A DNA stretch of 63,124 nucleotides, counting the filler, from Globobulimina sp. (lineage: Eukaryota): NCBI GenBank assembly GCA_003354225.1. It is 48 parts of 48 records of this genome, joined end to end, with 100 filler letters (N's around TTAATTAATTAA, not from the genome) between each part and the next. Parts side by side here need not be neighbours in the genome. Positions count along the whole stretch, not along the records: positions 48,748 to 49,964 come from PIVH01020780.1; positions 50,065 to 51,280 come from PIVH01020781.1; positions 51,381 to 52,596 come from PIVH01020782.1; positions 52,697 to 53,912 come from PIVH01020783.1; positions 54,013 to 55,228 come from PIVH01020784.1; positions 55,329 to 56,544 come from PIVH01020785.1; positions 56,645 to 57,860 come from PIVH01020786.1; positions 57,961 to 59,176 come from PIVH01020787.1; 40 more parts are not named here. The stretch is one strand, 5' to 3'. The notes below the pieces were generated by a model. That model ran no database searches and was not told the DNA's origin. It saw nothing but the letters and a program-made list of their open reading frames with translations. Below, in pieces: positions 49,636 through 63,124 of this stretch. The first letter of the stretch is position 1, and every line of letters starts with the position of its first letter. The translations under genes and the position numbers were made by a program.

Positions 49636-50530
49636 ATTTAGAAAGGCCGTAAGCACTTTTCAGAGTTTAATCGGTCATTTAAGCTGCTATGATACAGCAA
49701 ATACCAGGATACAGTATTAGGTACTAGTATAAATATACAATACACCATAAAAATATTTATTTATTCATCCTCGACACATCAACAAGATGATAGGATAAAG
49801 GTCCAAGTACACCAACGGCATGTTGCTCAACTTGTAAGTGTTGATTTCTATTTTGTTTTTCTAAGTATTTTATTGCATTTCGTAATTGTTCCAATGCTCT
49901 GCAAGACATTTCCATTGACTTCAATTTTGATTCAATCATACTCGCAATTTCCAATTGCAACTCCNNNNNNNNNNNNNNNNNNNNNNNNNNNNNNNNNNNN
50001 NNNNNNNNTTAATTAATTAANNNNNNNNNNNNNNNNNNNNNNNNNNNNNNNNNNNNNNNNNNNNAGGACCCCTATCCTTTCCTTCATTTTTTTCTTTTTT
50101 TTTTCAATTTTTATTTTGGTGTGGTGATGGTGGCGATGCACTGTGCCATCATCATAATAATCAAAAAATTTCCCTTCCAACCAATCACCATTTCCCTTTC
50201 CATTCCCATCAAATTCATCCAATCCTACCGACCGGGGATGGACCGGCTATTTGCACTGATTTAAATGTATTTAATTAACATGTTGTTTGTATTCTGCATT
50301 TTCCAGTTTCATTGTTTTCTGTTGATTTTCCAATGCTTCATAGTTGATTGTTAAATCATGTAATTGATCTTGCAATGTCTGTTTTATATTTTGTAATAAG
50401 TGTTTGAGAAATTAGTTTGAAGAAAGGATAAAATATATATGCACCATTGCTATTGCAGATTTTTGTGTGGTTGCAACAAACTTGATGCTGCTATACAATG
50501 TAGAGTTTTTTGAACAAAAAAAAAAGTAGA

Positions 50531-51280
50531 TTACAAAATGAGACATGAAGAAGATTTAGTCTGTTTGAGTCTGTTTATCTGTTCATTATTTAACGTTTGA
50601 TAGTAATAAAAGTCTAACACATTCTTTACAAATGCTGTAATTTGTTCCCTAAATATATTTCCAGATTCCCATTGCATAGCGACGTCATCCAATAAAAATA
50701 GATCTAATGTGCCAAAATCAACACAGCGATCCATTGCAAACTTTGCTGCATTCATTGACGATATTCCATCAGATACTGCTTCCAAATTGATTTTTTTTAA
50801 TTGTTTATTAATCCCAAACAAAGTGATTGGGAAAAAGCACATTTCATTGAGTTTCATTGATTCGAGCAGTTTGTCATATCCTTTTATTTTAAATATTGTA
50901 TCCAAAAAATGTTTAACGTTATGGAAACTGTCCAAATATCGGACATCATATACAATCATAAACGCATCAGTATCCAGAATATGTTTTGTTTGTAATGCAA
51001 TGTCTTCATCGTTGTACTTATTCTCATCCACTTTAAGTGCATCATTCTCCATTTGTTTGTACGCATCTTCCACTAAATATGGATTGATAAACTGTATTTC
51101 AACTAGTCCAGCAATATCAACCCAAGATTTGTATGAAATAATCTTTGTCATTTGATAGTCGATAATAGATTGTTCAATGGAATATGTAGTTTCATCTTTT
51201 TTACAATACCGGTGAAATGTGGTATAACTTTTTGCTGTTAATAATGCTGTAAAAAACTGTTTTTTAAAATTAATTGCTGG
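50531..51280 (-). CDS. Divergent Ras-like small-GTPase-fold protein with CaaX (CLIL)
   Basis: TDAFMIVYDV..LDSF.NV, PITLFGINK (degenerate G4), SIEQSIIDY (switch-I-like); G3 is degenerate. Confidence 0.55.
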   Translation of the reverse strand, partial: PAINFKKQFFTALLTAKSYTTFHRYCKKDETTYSIEQSIIDYQMTKIISYKSWVDIAGLVEIQFINPYLVEDAYKQMENDALKVDENKYNDEDIALQTKHILDTDAFMIVYDVRYLDSFHNVKHFLDTIFKIKGYDKLLESMKLNEMCFFPITLFGINKQLKKINLEAVSDGISSMNAAKFAMDRCVDFGTLDLFLLDDVAMQWESGNIFREQITAFVKNVLDFYYYQTLNNEQINRLKQTKSSSCLIL

Positions 51281-51380
51281 NNNNNNNNNNNNNNNNNNNN
51301 NNNNNNNNNNNNNNNNNNNNNNNNTTAATTAATTAANNNNNNNNNNNNNNNNNNNNNNNNNNNNNNNNNNNNNNNNNNNN

Positions 51381-51946
51381 AAATGTGGATTGTTATGAAT
51401 AGAGAATGAACGGAGGTTTGTGGCGGATGTGATGGCCGGAGATATGACTCCCGTCAAGTCGTTGTATGATATATCGAGATATTGCATGGATAGCAATGAA
51501 CTAAATAGCCAACTCGGGATTGTACCATTTAAGCCAGTATTATTTAGGCGGATGACACGTAATGATGTCAATGGGCGCAGTTGCGGTGGGATTGGCATTG
51601 CAGATCCATTAGTTTGAAAGTTATACGATAAGTCGAGGTAGGATAGTTTTTGTAAATTGGAGAATGAGGCATTTAATGTATGGGTTAGTCCACAACGTGG
51701 TAATTGTAAACGGGTAACATGCCATTCAGCTCCGACAAATGCACAGTATACTCCATATAGTTTGCATGGGTTATTGGTGATGTCAGTCCACTGCGCACAT
51801 GTCCAATTTGGGCCGTTGTTGAATTGGTACAGGTCGACTAATGCATCTATCTCTGCTTGTGGTAGACCTATAGCATGTAATGAATGGTTGGTAAAGTCTT
51901 GTGAAGACGAAAGGATGATGCCGACTAACAAGGAAAACAGAAGCAT
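51381..51946 (-). CDS. Secreted or receptor leucine-rich-repeat protein (plant-RLK-type LRRs), 3'-partial
   Basis: Signal peptide; EIDALVDLY...GPNW...PCKLYGVYC cap; LxxLxLSxNxLxGxIP repeats. Confidence 0.9.
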
Positions 51947-52697
51947 AGTTTTCTACTGAAAACAGTTGAAAACAGTTGAAAATTAATTTGACCACAATTA
52001 TATTCAATCGTATTCCTGTTTCAAATTATTCATGTTCTAAAGTAATTGAATCAATATTAATTTTCCAATGATTACCCAAATTTCCAATTAAATGTATCCA
52101 TTCATTACATACCCATCGACCAATTAATTTGATGATATAAAATGGTAATTTTTGGATATTTTGAAATTCTGGACATGCAAAGCATTGATTTACAAAACCA
52201 AACACCAGTAAATTATCTCGAATATCATCTCTCATAATTGTTGCTTTACATGTTCCAAATGGACATTTTATTGGCGATTTCGTGAAAGTTTTATTTTTAA
52301 GATTAAATATAAAAATTGTCTTAAATATAAAAATTGAATTAGTTGGATTAATAATATTATACACAGTGCAGCAAAAACTTGTTATGAGGCTCAAAATTGT
52401 GTCCGTTCAGAAATGCCAGCCAGTTTTCAAAATGCCAGCCAAATGTTGTTTTTCTAACTAGGTTCACCACTCTGCTCTCTCGTCATTTCTCTTGCTGTCT
52501 TTTATGTTGTACAGGTTTAAATAGATACAGATCAATTTATTAAATGGAAATAATTACAAACTGCAATCGATATCATGAAATATTAAAGACTTATGGNNNN
52601 NNNNNNNNNNNNNNNNNNNNNNNNNNNNNNNNNNNNNNNNTTAATTAATTAANNNNNNNNNNNNNNNNNNNNNNNNNNNNNNNNNNNNNNNNNNNNG

Positions 52698-53781
<1,084 letters not shown>

Positions 53782-54338
53782 GATGAAAAGAGCAACTTTT
53801 CTGGTTTGCCTGAAGTAAAATGAAATTTATTTTACGCAGTTATTAACAGATATGTGAGTATCGCCATGGGTATCCAAGCAATTCTGTTCGTTTTTTCAAC
53901 AACAAACACCGTNNNNNNNNNNNNNNNNNNNNNNNNNNNNNNNNNNNNNNNNNNNNTTAATTAATTAANNNNNNNNNNNNNNNNNNNNNNNNNNNNNNNN
54001 NNNNNNNNNNNNATCATACAACAACTATGTGTTATTATATGTGTGTGAATCATACATGTATTTAATAAATCCCTTGTGGATAAGTAATAACGTGAATTAT
54101 TGTATGTGTGTAATTAAATTAAAATCTTGCTTTCATAGGCCATTATAGGCTTGGAACATCGAAAAAAAGTGTATTTACTTTCGTTGATATTTAATTTCGC
54201 AGTATTTTCTCAATATAACGCTCAATAGTATACTGTGCAAGCAGAGAGACCTCTCCTACCACTCACTTGTCCTGAAAGCTGTATAACGATTTTTTTTTTT
54301 CACTTTGCAAAACACACTCCGATCCAAAGCATCTCCAA

Positions 54339-54777
54339 ATGGCGCAAGAAAAAATAGATAAAGTAAAAAATTGGTTTAATTCAACAAAACAGAAATTTGA
54401 TTACAGAATCACTATGGAAGGCATCTTGAAACAAGCCAGGGAATCTTTTGAACATTTTTTGAATTCAGCGATCGTCCCATTTGAGAAAAAAATTTCTGAC
54501 AAATTAATGAGGTTTGCTATTCATCACCAAATATCAACACATTTGTTTATTATAAATTATAATTCATGTCCACCACAGAGATGCATATGGAATTGTATTG
54601 CTCACAGAAGTTAAAGTTGGAGGTATTACATTATATATCACGTATTTTCTGTCATTAATTATATTCTCTCCATCAGTCTTGGCGGGCGGCAAGATTGGCA
54701 CTGGAATAATTATTGTACGCATCCAAAATAAAGAGGACGAATGGTCCGCACCAATAGGGGTTTCCGATAAGTACTGA
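54339..54777 (+). CDS. SYLF/Ysc84 actin- and lipid-binding domain protein, N-terminal exons; introns 54512-54578 and 54623-54676
   Basis: Spliced DAYGIVLLTEVKVGVLAGGKIGTGIIIVR...WSAP matches the Ysc84 consensus. Confidence 0.8.
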
Positions 54778-54920
54778 TTTTTTCAAAAACTTGTCAAACA
54801 GCTCTTATTTTTCCAGTCAGTTCAACAAGGTACGACAATACCAAAAAGCTAAGGAAACAATCCAGTAATTGATTGGATATGTATTTATTTAACGCCATTC
54901 AATTGGTATGTATATGGATT

Positions 54921-54988
54921 GTCGCCTAGCTCAAGTAGAGCACTGGATGTATGGATCCAGAAGATTCAGGTTCAATCCCTGAGGCGAC
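54921..54988 (+). ncRNA. tRNA-like element 3 (6-bp acceptor, 8-nt anticodon loop)
   Basis: GTCGCC TA GCTC-AAGTA-GAGC A CTGGA-TGTATGGA-TCCAG AAGAT TCAGG-TTCAATC-CCTGA GGCGAC; all stems are fully paired. Confidence 0.75.
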
Positions 54989-55362
54989 CTCAAGACAAAC
55001 AAGCAACTAAAATAATGAATTGTGAAATGTGAATATAAAAATGGAATGAATTAATTGATTGAAAATGAAAATTGGAAAAAGGTATTTTGTGGTAATAATA
55101 AACCACCAAATACACGCAAAGAAAGGATATAATTTGAGTTGGATGAATCTGATGATGATGATCATGATGTACTAGGTCATCATCATAAAATTTATATGAA
55201 GTTGATGATGGAAACAAATAAAAAATAANNNNNNNNNNNNNNNNNNNNNNNNNNNNNNNNNNNNNNNNNNNNTTAATTAATTAANNNNNNNNNNNNNNNN
55301 NNNNNNNNNNNNNNNNNNNNNNNNNNNNACAATAGACAATAAATGAAGATCTAGTGATGATT

Positions 55363-56523
55363 TTAATTCACAGTGTGCGCAGCGGCCGTACATGATATAT
55401 ATAAGAAAAACCAGCATGATACAATATACATTATACGTTGATAGGTATCTGTCTCTTTGAATATATTAACAAAAGAATAGGGTTCTTTGTGTTTGGTGGA
55501 TGTTTCTATTGCAACCGAATAAAAAAATAATAAGAATGCAATCTGATATGCAATAACTTTAAAACATTGAACGTAATAAACAAATGTATCATTTTTAATG
55601 TCAGCAAATTGAGGACAGACAATTTTTGTCAATACAACACCAAATAAATGAAACATAAAAAAGAAAATATATGCTAAATCATGGTCAAATCTATCGTTGA
55701 AATTATAATATTTCAAATTCAATTTCGCATCAAAATATACTTTAATATGAACAACTGACATCATACATACTGACGCAATTGGAATGCAACCAAATATCAT
55801 AAATACCAAACATATAAATTTGATCTTAAAATGTTTCACATATTTCTTATTAAAATATATCTTCATTCCAATGAATAATATACAATGTGACATGATGCAT
55901 ATTATAATGAATGGCATTTGCCTCACGGTACTCCGAAATATTCCAAAATATAAAACAGAAACAGTTGCTAAGCATACATAAAATATCAAAGTGTTTTTGT
56001 TTAGAGCACTGTTGCATTTCTGTAACGTTTCAATGGATTTAACGAATGGAATCGACAGTATTTCGATGAAACAAAGAATGGGTAAAAACCAAAGCCATCC
56101 AACGCCTATATGAATGAAACAATTTCTCCAAAAATAGTAAAATTCAAATTGAATGAAAGATGCTGCATTGTTGTGGCAATATGAATAAGAATTTCCATCT
56201 TGAACAGTTCTATGAATATACACCGAAGGGATGAAAAATAAGAAAGTGGATGATAGTAAAGCTGTGAGTAAATAATAACTGCGTTTAATGAAATGTTTAT
56301 GGGTTTGAATACCTTTAACCATTCCACTAATTACAAAAAATAATGGCAATCCCACACAATTCATGTATGTTCGGAGTGCATTTAAATGTTGATGCAAATT
56401 GGAGCCTTTTTTCCGATAAATCAATACTGCTTCAATTGAATGGTAAAGAATGACTTGATTAACTGCTATAATACGCATCCAATCTAACCAATGCCATCTC
56501 GTCGCTGCTTTAATTGGCTTCAT
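55363..56523 (-). CDS. Acyltransferase-3 (OpgC/MdoC-like) multi-TM protein
   Basis: RWHWLDWMRIIA...LYH, LPLFFVISG, WLWFLPIL motifs; about ten TM helices. Confidence 0.8.
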   Translation of the reverse strand: MKPIKAATRWHWLDWMRIIAVNQVILYHSIEAVLIYRKKGSNLHQHLNALRTYMNCVGLPLFFVISGMVKGIQTHKHFIKRSYYLLTALLSSTFLFFIPSVYIHRTVQDGNSYSYCHNNAASFIQFEFYYFWRNCFIHIGVGWLWFLPILCFIEILSIPFVKSIETLQKCNSALNKNTLIFYVCLATVSVLYFGIFRSTVRQMPFIIICIMSHCILFIGMKIYFNKKYVKHFKIKFICLVFMIFGCIPIASVCMMSVVHIKVYFDAKLNLKYYNFNDRFDHDLAYIFFFMFHLFGVVLTKIVCPQFADIKNDTFVYYVQCFKVIAYQIAFLLFFYSVAIETSTKHKEPYSFVNIFKETDTYQRIMYIVSCWFFLYISCTAAAHTVN

Positions 56524-56644
56524 GCATTATCCATTCATTTTTGANNNNNNNNNNNNNNNNNNNNNNNNNNNNNNNNNNNNNNNNNNNNTTAATTAATTAA
56601 NNNNNNNNNNNNNNNNNNNNNNNNNNNNNNNNNNNNNNNNNNNN

Positions 56645-57288
56645 CATTAGCATTATCCACATTGGCCAACAATATCAATAACAATAATAACACCAACAAT
56701 AACCAGCCAGATATCTCTGCAAAGCAAACCTTGCAAGTTATTTTAAATCAGTTACAGAAATTATGTGTTGAATATGAAAACAGATTTCATTCCAGTTTGG
56801 CGAATGTGGCAAATACCACTGAGCTTAAAACAGATCTAGATCTGCCTTATAATAACAATGTAAATAATTGTTCAAATCATGTTAATCATGCAACTGATGT
56901 TGCATTTGTAGATAATGAGTATGCGGAAAATAATAATTGGAATGAAAATAATTTCTATTTTAATAATTGTAATAATGTCTATTTAAATAACAATTGCAAT
57001 CAAAATACTTCAACGTTAACAGACTTTTCATCAAATGATTATACGCCAAATCATTCTCCGTTAATGGCAATTCCTGCAAATAATATTAATCATATTAATG
57101 ATATAAATAATATGAATAATATGAATGCAAATGCAGTAAACACACGGATATCCAATCCGTTTTTACCAAATGTTAATAAGCCGTATGAGTCATTTCGGGG
57201 TAATAACAATAGCAATAATAATAATAATAATTTTGTTAATGAGTATGGACCGGTGCATGCGTCAAATGTGTGCGTGTCAGGTACGTAG
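56645..57288 (+). CDS. Asn-rich low-complexity protein fragment
   Basis: Poly-Asn tracts typical of AT-rich protist proteins. Confidence 0.45.
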
Positions 57289-58143
57289 TTGTTGTGTTTT
57301 GTTTCTTTATTGTTTGCGATTGTAAACAGATCAACGCGTTTATTACGCGATAAGTATACACTAATTAAATATAAACAAAATATATATCCAGCAAATCGTC
57401 ACTCTCCTCTTCGGCCTCTTGATTATTATCAACATCATGAAGTTATTAATAATAACATTAATACTAATAATTATCAATGTACCTGCAATTGTCACTTGTT
57501 TATATAATTGCATATAATTAATTTATATGTTTTTGTTTTGGTTCTTTATTTTTATTTTTGTTTTTTTTGTTTTTTTTGCTTTTATGTTCTTAGCGACCAC
57601 ACTGTATTATATTTGTTTACATAAACTATTTTTCTTTCGAACAACCTTTATATTGTTTAACGTATTACGTACACTTAAACCCCTTTTTTTTCTATATTTT
57701 TATTTTTTGTTTGTGTATAAAAGCAGTCTTTTTTGTTTGTTTCGCTGTAATGGCTGTATGACAGCTTTTATTGTTTTTGTATTTGAACGCAAGCTTTACA
57801 TTTATCGTTATTACCGCGATCCGGATGTTGTTTCTGTTTTGTATATTTTTGTTTTACATCNNNNNNNNNNNNNNNNNNNNNNNNNNNNNNNNNNNNNNNN
57901 NNNNTTAATTAATTAANNNNNNNNNNNNNNNNNNNNNNNNNNNNNNNNNNNNNNNNNNNNAAATATTAAAAACAGAGTAAACTGGTTTTGGAACACCTTT
58001 AAAATTTGTTCACTTTGATTAGCTATTTTGCTTTGTAAAGATTCAAGGCATACAATGGAGAAACAAAACAGGTAAAAACACAAAAAAATATTAAAGACAA
58101 TTTGGGTGATTATTAAGAAAGTGGAAAATGCGTATTACAGTAA

Positions 58144-59176
58144 TTATCGCTGCGTTGTTTGTTTGCGTGTTGTCTGTCCATCGCCGTCTGTCAATGTCAA
58201 TGATATTAATCCATTATCATTTTCATCATCAGACTCCAATGCAACAAACTCATCCTTTGTTTGTATTTTTTTCTTTTTCTTTTTTGTCTGTGCCATATTA
58301 ATCAAATCATCCTCGTCACTCTCACCACCTTCATCCTCCTTATTATTTTTATTAATAACTTCTCTCATTTCAAACTCTGAAACTTTAGATTTGCGATCAA
58401 ATGACATCAATGCATTACTACTCTTATGCTTATAACAACAATATCCAAATACAAGCAAAATAACCATAAACAACACCAATAACATCATAGAAAATGCAAA
58501 CCATGTTTCACGATAAATACTCGCCGTATTATCCACAGTATCCTTCCCTGTTTTAGTCGGAATATTAGTGTCATATTTCACACTCGGTTTTGCTGACAAT
58601 GCTGCACCGCAAATGATGTCAAACTCATATCTTTGTTGACTTATTCCATTTTGTGTGGACGTATCAACCCAAATTGCATTCGACGGCACAAAATATAATA
58701 CAGATTGCGTCGAATATATTTTATAATAATCGTCAGCTGACGAACTACATAAATACACATCATACAAAACAAATTTTAATATGTTAATATATATATATAT
58801 GAATTCATACCTAATTGACATCAACCACACATTATTCCCATTATAATATATCATACCAACATAGCCTTTGTTGCAAGCATACGTATATTCATCCACTTCA
58901 TCGTCACAATCAAACGTCCAATACGGGTAATATTTATTCATCATACCGCCATAAACAAATGGAGAATTGAATATTTTTATGGCAATTTCATCACTAAATC
59001 CGTCTGGAAAATTGACAATTAATGCATTACACACTGGCGTTGGATATAACGTTGGAGCACTGCTTGGCGATGCAGTTGGTGAGAGAGTTGGGAGCATTAT
59101 AGGTGCCGATGTTGGGTGGTTAGTTGGTGTGGGTGTTGGTGGCATGGTGTTTGGATTGTTTGTTGGCGAATTTGTA
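58144..59176 (-). CDS. PT-repeat type-I membrane/surface protein (5'-partial; probable in-frame intron near 58735-58810)
   Basis: PTxxPT repeats, Cys-containing ectodomain, one TM helix (WFAFSMMLLVLFMVILLVFGYCC), acidic tail. Confidence 0.75.
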
Positions 59177-59339
59177 NNNNNNNNNNNNNNNNNNNNNNNN
59201 NNNNNNNNNNNNNNNNNNNNTTAATTAATTAANNNNNNNNNNNNNNNNNNNNNNNNNNNNNNNNNNNNNNNNNNNNTGGATTTGCAAACCGTTTCTGTAT
59301 AAAGGTATAACTGAACCAAATGTAAACAACTTATCGTTA

Positions 59340-59744
59340 TTAATAACAGTTTTTGTTTTGATTGAAAAACAGCGCAAAATGAAGCTTGAATACTATTTTA
59401 TAGCCAGTTAAAATCTCTTTACATTCATGTTTTATATGTTTATGAAATAATATCCATTGCCAATGCATACAATTACTTTGAATAATTTTATTTTTAATAA
59501 TTAATTCACCGCCAAAATAACTACATGGCGGAAATAATAGCAATGCATACTTGTACTCATCAATTATTGTATCACAATGTTTATTAAAATATCCGCCGCC
59601 GCCTGCTTCATAGACTACAATTTCACCAAATAAATGTTCATAATCATAATAATTAGCAATCTCAGAGGAAATAATAAGGTCAATATTAATATTTTTAATT
59701 AATTGTTTGTAAATTATGTATTGTAAACTTTCCTTTTCATCCAT
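59340..59744 (-). CDS. 2OG-Fe(II) oxygenase family protein
   Basis: GYFNKHCD (HxD), GGELII, HECKEILTGYK (distal His and basic residue). Confidence 0.75.
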   Translation of the reverse strand: MDEKESLQYIIYKQLIKNINIDLIISSEIANYYDYEHLFGEIVVYEAGGGGYFNKHCDTIIDEYKYALLLFPPCSYFGGELIIKNKIIQSNCMHWQWILFHKHIKHECKEILTGYKIVFKLHFALFFNQNKNCY

Positions 59745-60023
59745 TGTAGTTTTATAATTAATAATCCATTGATTTGGACATTTTAGGCTTTGCTTAATAT
59801 CATCGATCAGATATGAATGTAAATATAATTAATAATATATTTGGTGGTAGACGACAATTATTATCAATTATTGTATTTGCAAAATATTTAAAATCAATGT
59901 TCCATAAAGAATCATCCAAATAAAATTCAATTGGGTCAATATCTGCTTTTAGCACATGTGGACCCCAAATATATGTGTCAGTGTTAGATAAACACTCGAA
60001 ATGCCCATGTTCGGAAAGGCAAA

Positions 60024-60492
60024 ATGCAGGAAACTTCCAAGTTGCTGTCTGATGATGGCACTCAAGTCAGTAATATGGGTGCTATCACATCAAACCACAA
60101 GGATATAATAAACGTAATAACACCAAACCAGAAACCCAATATATTTTTTTATTTACATTTTGCATATTCGATAATATTTCTTGGTTTAACCAAATTTTTT
60201 CAACAATCAATATCTCCAATAACTGATATATTACAAAAGGAATTAAATACAACATCTTCTGGCATTGGAATATTATCATCATCGTTTTTTTTGACTTACG
60301 TAATATTTCAAATTCCAACAGGTATATTGCTACAGAATCACTCTCAATATATTTTACTAATAATATCAGTTTCTTCGGCAATATGTTTCATATTATTTGG
60401 TTTAATAAAATCATTAATATTTGCAATAATATTGCGAATATTATCTGGTTTATTTGCAGCGCCGCGATTTCTAATTGTACTAAAATTAGCTG
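60024..60492 (+). CDS. MFS transporter, N-terminal part
   Basis: GILSSSFFLTYVIFQIPTGILL and ILRILSGLF are MFS TM2 and TM4 patterns. Confidence 0.8.
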
Positions 60493-62030
60493 NNNNNNNN
60501 NNNNNNNNNNNNNNNNNNNNNNNNNNNNNNNNNNNNTTAATTAATTAANNNNNNNNNNNNNNNNNNNNNNNNNNNNNNNNNNNNNNNNNNNNGGCCAACT
60601 CGTGCATGGAGACTGACATTAAACTGACTTTGGTCTAACTGAACTTTGATGGTAAACACTTAGCGTTTGTTTTTGTATAATAAAAAATAAAATTGCTTCA
60701 AAACTTCCTGATTTATGTTGGAAAAAAAAAATGAAAAAATCGGAAAAATAGAAAAAAATAGAAAAAAATAACAAGTTGCTAAAATTAATAGATTCAATGT
60801 AGACAATAGTACAAATATAAATTACTGATTAGCGAATAGAGATACATAGATTGTAATATTAATATTCGATTTTTGAGATACAATCACATTAATTTTACAC
60901 AATTGAGATATGGTCATAGGCAGCAAGCAAGTTTAAATTGTTTAATCCGATATATAGCAACCAATCAGCAAACGTGCTATTATTTGAAAATACATGTTTT
61001 AAACAATATAAATCAAATAATTTACATATATTTAAATTTAAATCAATATTAATATTCATCGAACTTATGTCCTGTTAAAAAAACAAATCATACATACACA
61101 TAATTTGTATACAAAACAAACCGTTTTATATGAATAGAATCGATAGATCCGTATGGAAATAGCCATAATATAATTAATATGCAAATGTTGATGATGATTT
61201 GGGTATGGATTTGGTCCCCACGTTCTCTTTGTTGCTTCATCCCGAATCTGATGAGGATATGTTAAATAATGAATCCATATCATGATCATACATTCCAAAT
61301 TTGCGTTTTTATCAAGTTTTACTTTCATTTTATTTAGATCTACATTTTTCAATTGATGGAGCTCAACTATTTGTCCACCACACCATTCGTCGTCACGTAA
61401 AACCTCGACTCTAAGACCAATCACGACTCCTCGTTGAATCCGAGCATTCTCCAAGATTCGTTGCTCCATAATGCGTCTGGATGCTCCAACAAACATTGTT
61501 GCAAGTTTGCATAACTAAATGTTATACTAATTGTCAAAATCATTGTCGCTCAGTTTCTTTTCATAATCATTGTCATTTTTTAGGAATTCCAGGACTTTTA
61601 GAACTTTGGTCTGTACAGAAATGAATTGCTGGCTGACAAAAACGTTAAAATGTAACAAATGCGTTGCTGTTTGACAGAAAAACCTGCTCAAAACCTTGAG
61701 AAACGTTTCTATCTGCAGCGGGAACGAAGAATCGCAAAGTTCCAAAATCCCAAAAGTCTATGGATCCTAAAACATGAACGACAATGATTATGAAAATATG
61801 TATAAACANNNNNNNNNNNNNNNNNNNNNNNNNNNNNNNNNNNNNNNNNNNNTTAATTAATTAANNNNNNNNNNNNNNNNNNNNNNNNNNNNNNNNNNNN
61901 NNNNNNNNTATATATCTTGCCAAGATTGTATCTCGGCAAGATAATAAAGGCTAGCCACTGCTGTTAATTAAAAGGCAGGTACATATATGTTCAAGGAGAT
62001 GCCTGGTGGACATGAATAACTGTTACTAAT

Positions 62031-63124
62031 TTGGTTTGGTTAGTTATTGCTAACAAGATATTGATGAATGAAATATGTACATTAGATGTGGTGACATGGC
62101 GCCGTTTAACCAGAAAGGCTGAGCATCACATCAATACTCTCAAATATCGGACATTCAGTTGTGTTCGAGTTAAATCCGCAGGCAATTATGATCTCAGAAA
62201 TGGAGACTTGTTGGCCAGGAACCATCTCATTGCGATGATGGTTTACTGTAATTACGATGTTATGTGCCATGCACTATTTATCTCAACATTGTTTTATTAC
62301 TTTTATAAATATTAACACACAGGAATTACAACGCAAATTTTCGAAAACCTATCGGAGAAATCAGCAAAATGAAACAATCGAAGATATTAAAAAGAAGCAT
62401 CGCAATTATTGGCATTTGGGTCGATTATTGAGAGAAACTGTGGAATGTTTTGGGATGGAACACAAAAATGAAGCCGTTACAGTGTACCATGGAGCAAAGG
62501 GACAATTTGCATTTGAATCATTGTTTGCTTTCATTAAGTCGCCATTCAGTACGACCAGAGACTATGCGGTGGCTCTCAATTTTGCTGCAGCCGGAATTGT
62601 GTTGCAATTGAAGATTGACACAAAATCATGGACTTACAAAGTAGATGAAGGCTTTGATGCGTTTACGAGAATCAGCTGTTTTGATTGCAGCTTAATCAGC
62701 GACTTTGTCAACGAGCGAGAAATATTTTGCATCGGAGGATTGAATAAATTCCATTTCACTTCGATTATTGACGCGAATGTGGCCATTAACTATGAACATT
62801 ACATCAAAGGATTGAAGCAAATGACCACAGGAATGACGCATGGCGGCCTTGCGGGAGACACCTTCGATTTGGATATGCCTGAAAGCAAAGAAGAAGAACA
62901 AATGGTATACAGATTGTTAGCACATCAAATTTGGAGATGTTTGCCAAAGCATCGACATGCTCACGAATTCGAGTCATGCCCTCCATATATTGCCACTTTG
63001 ATGGACTCGCATTGCAGACATGTTCGAACCATTCATTTGGCAGAGCAGAAGCATAAAATATTGGATTTGGTTTTTAGATTCGATAATGGCTGGATAAAAT
63101 TGGATGAGTTGCTTTCAATCTTTC
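62031..63124 (+). CDS. ADP-ribosyltransferase-fold protein (H-S-E variant), partial; intron 62259-62322
   Basis: The spliced frame is open to the window end: VYHG (62482-62493), PFSTT..YAVALNFA (from ~62542), SDFVNEREI (E-x-E at 62713-62721). Confidence 0.65.

Noticed and set aside
57527-57860. Phe-rich ORFs here and at 33066-33272, plus many short antisense ORFs
   Set aside because: Translations of T-rich non-coding DNA or shadows of real genes on the other strand; ORFs containing X run through spacers.

Overview
This window is not continuous genome. It is 48 unrelated contigs of about 1.2 kb (1218 down to 1216 bp, sorted by length) joined by artificial 100-bp spacers (N44-TTAATTAATTAA-N44), so gene neighbourhood across spacers carries no information. 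Most contigs are AT-rich eukaryotic nuclear DNA with short GT-AG introns (mostly 54-69 nt, verified by hand-splicing in about ten genes). The gene repertoire and style (SPRY proteins with a shared N-terminal motif, 7TM proteins, PT-repeat surface proteins) suggest a foraminiferan or other rhizarian protist; this is inference. Four contigs are bacterial/eukaryote chimeras (dnaG, cls, katG, an acyltransferase), as expected from whole-genome amplification of a single cell with its bacteria. The top finding is at 31815-32842 (-): a GGDEF diguanylate-cyclase domain with intact catalytic motifs, split by a 209-nt spliceosomal intron and fused behind a ZZ-like zinc finger. It is a candidate eukaryote-native c-di-GMP synthase outside Dictyostelia. 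Also notable are a dispersed family of tRNA-shaped elements with covarying stems but non-canonical anticodon loops, an intron-containing ADP-ribosyltransferase-fold protein with an H-S-E triad (missed by the ORF track), a divergent non-LTR reverse transcriptase, and several MITE/foldback elements.
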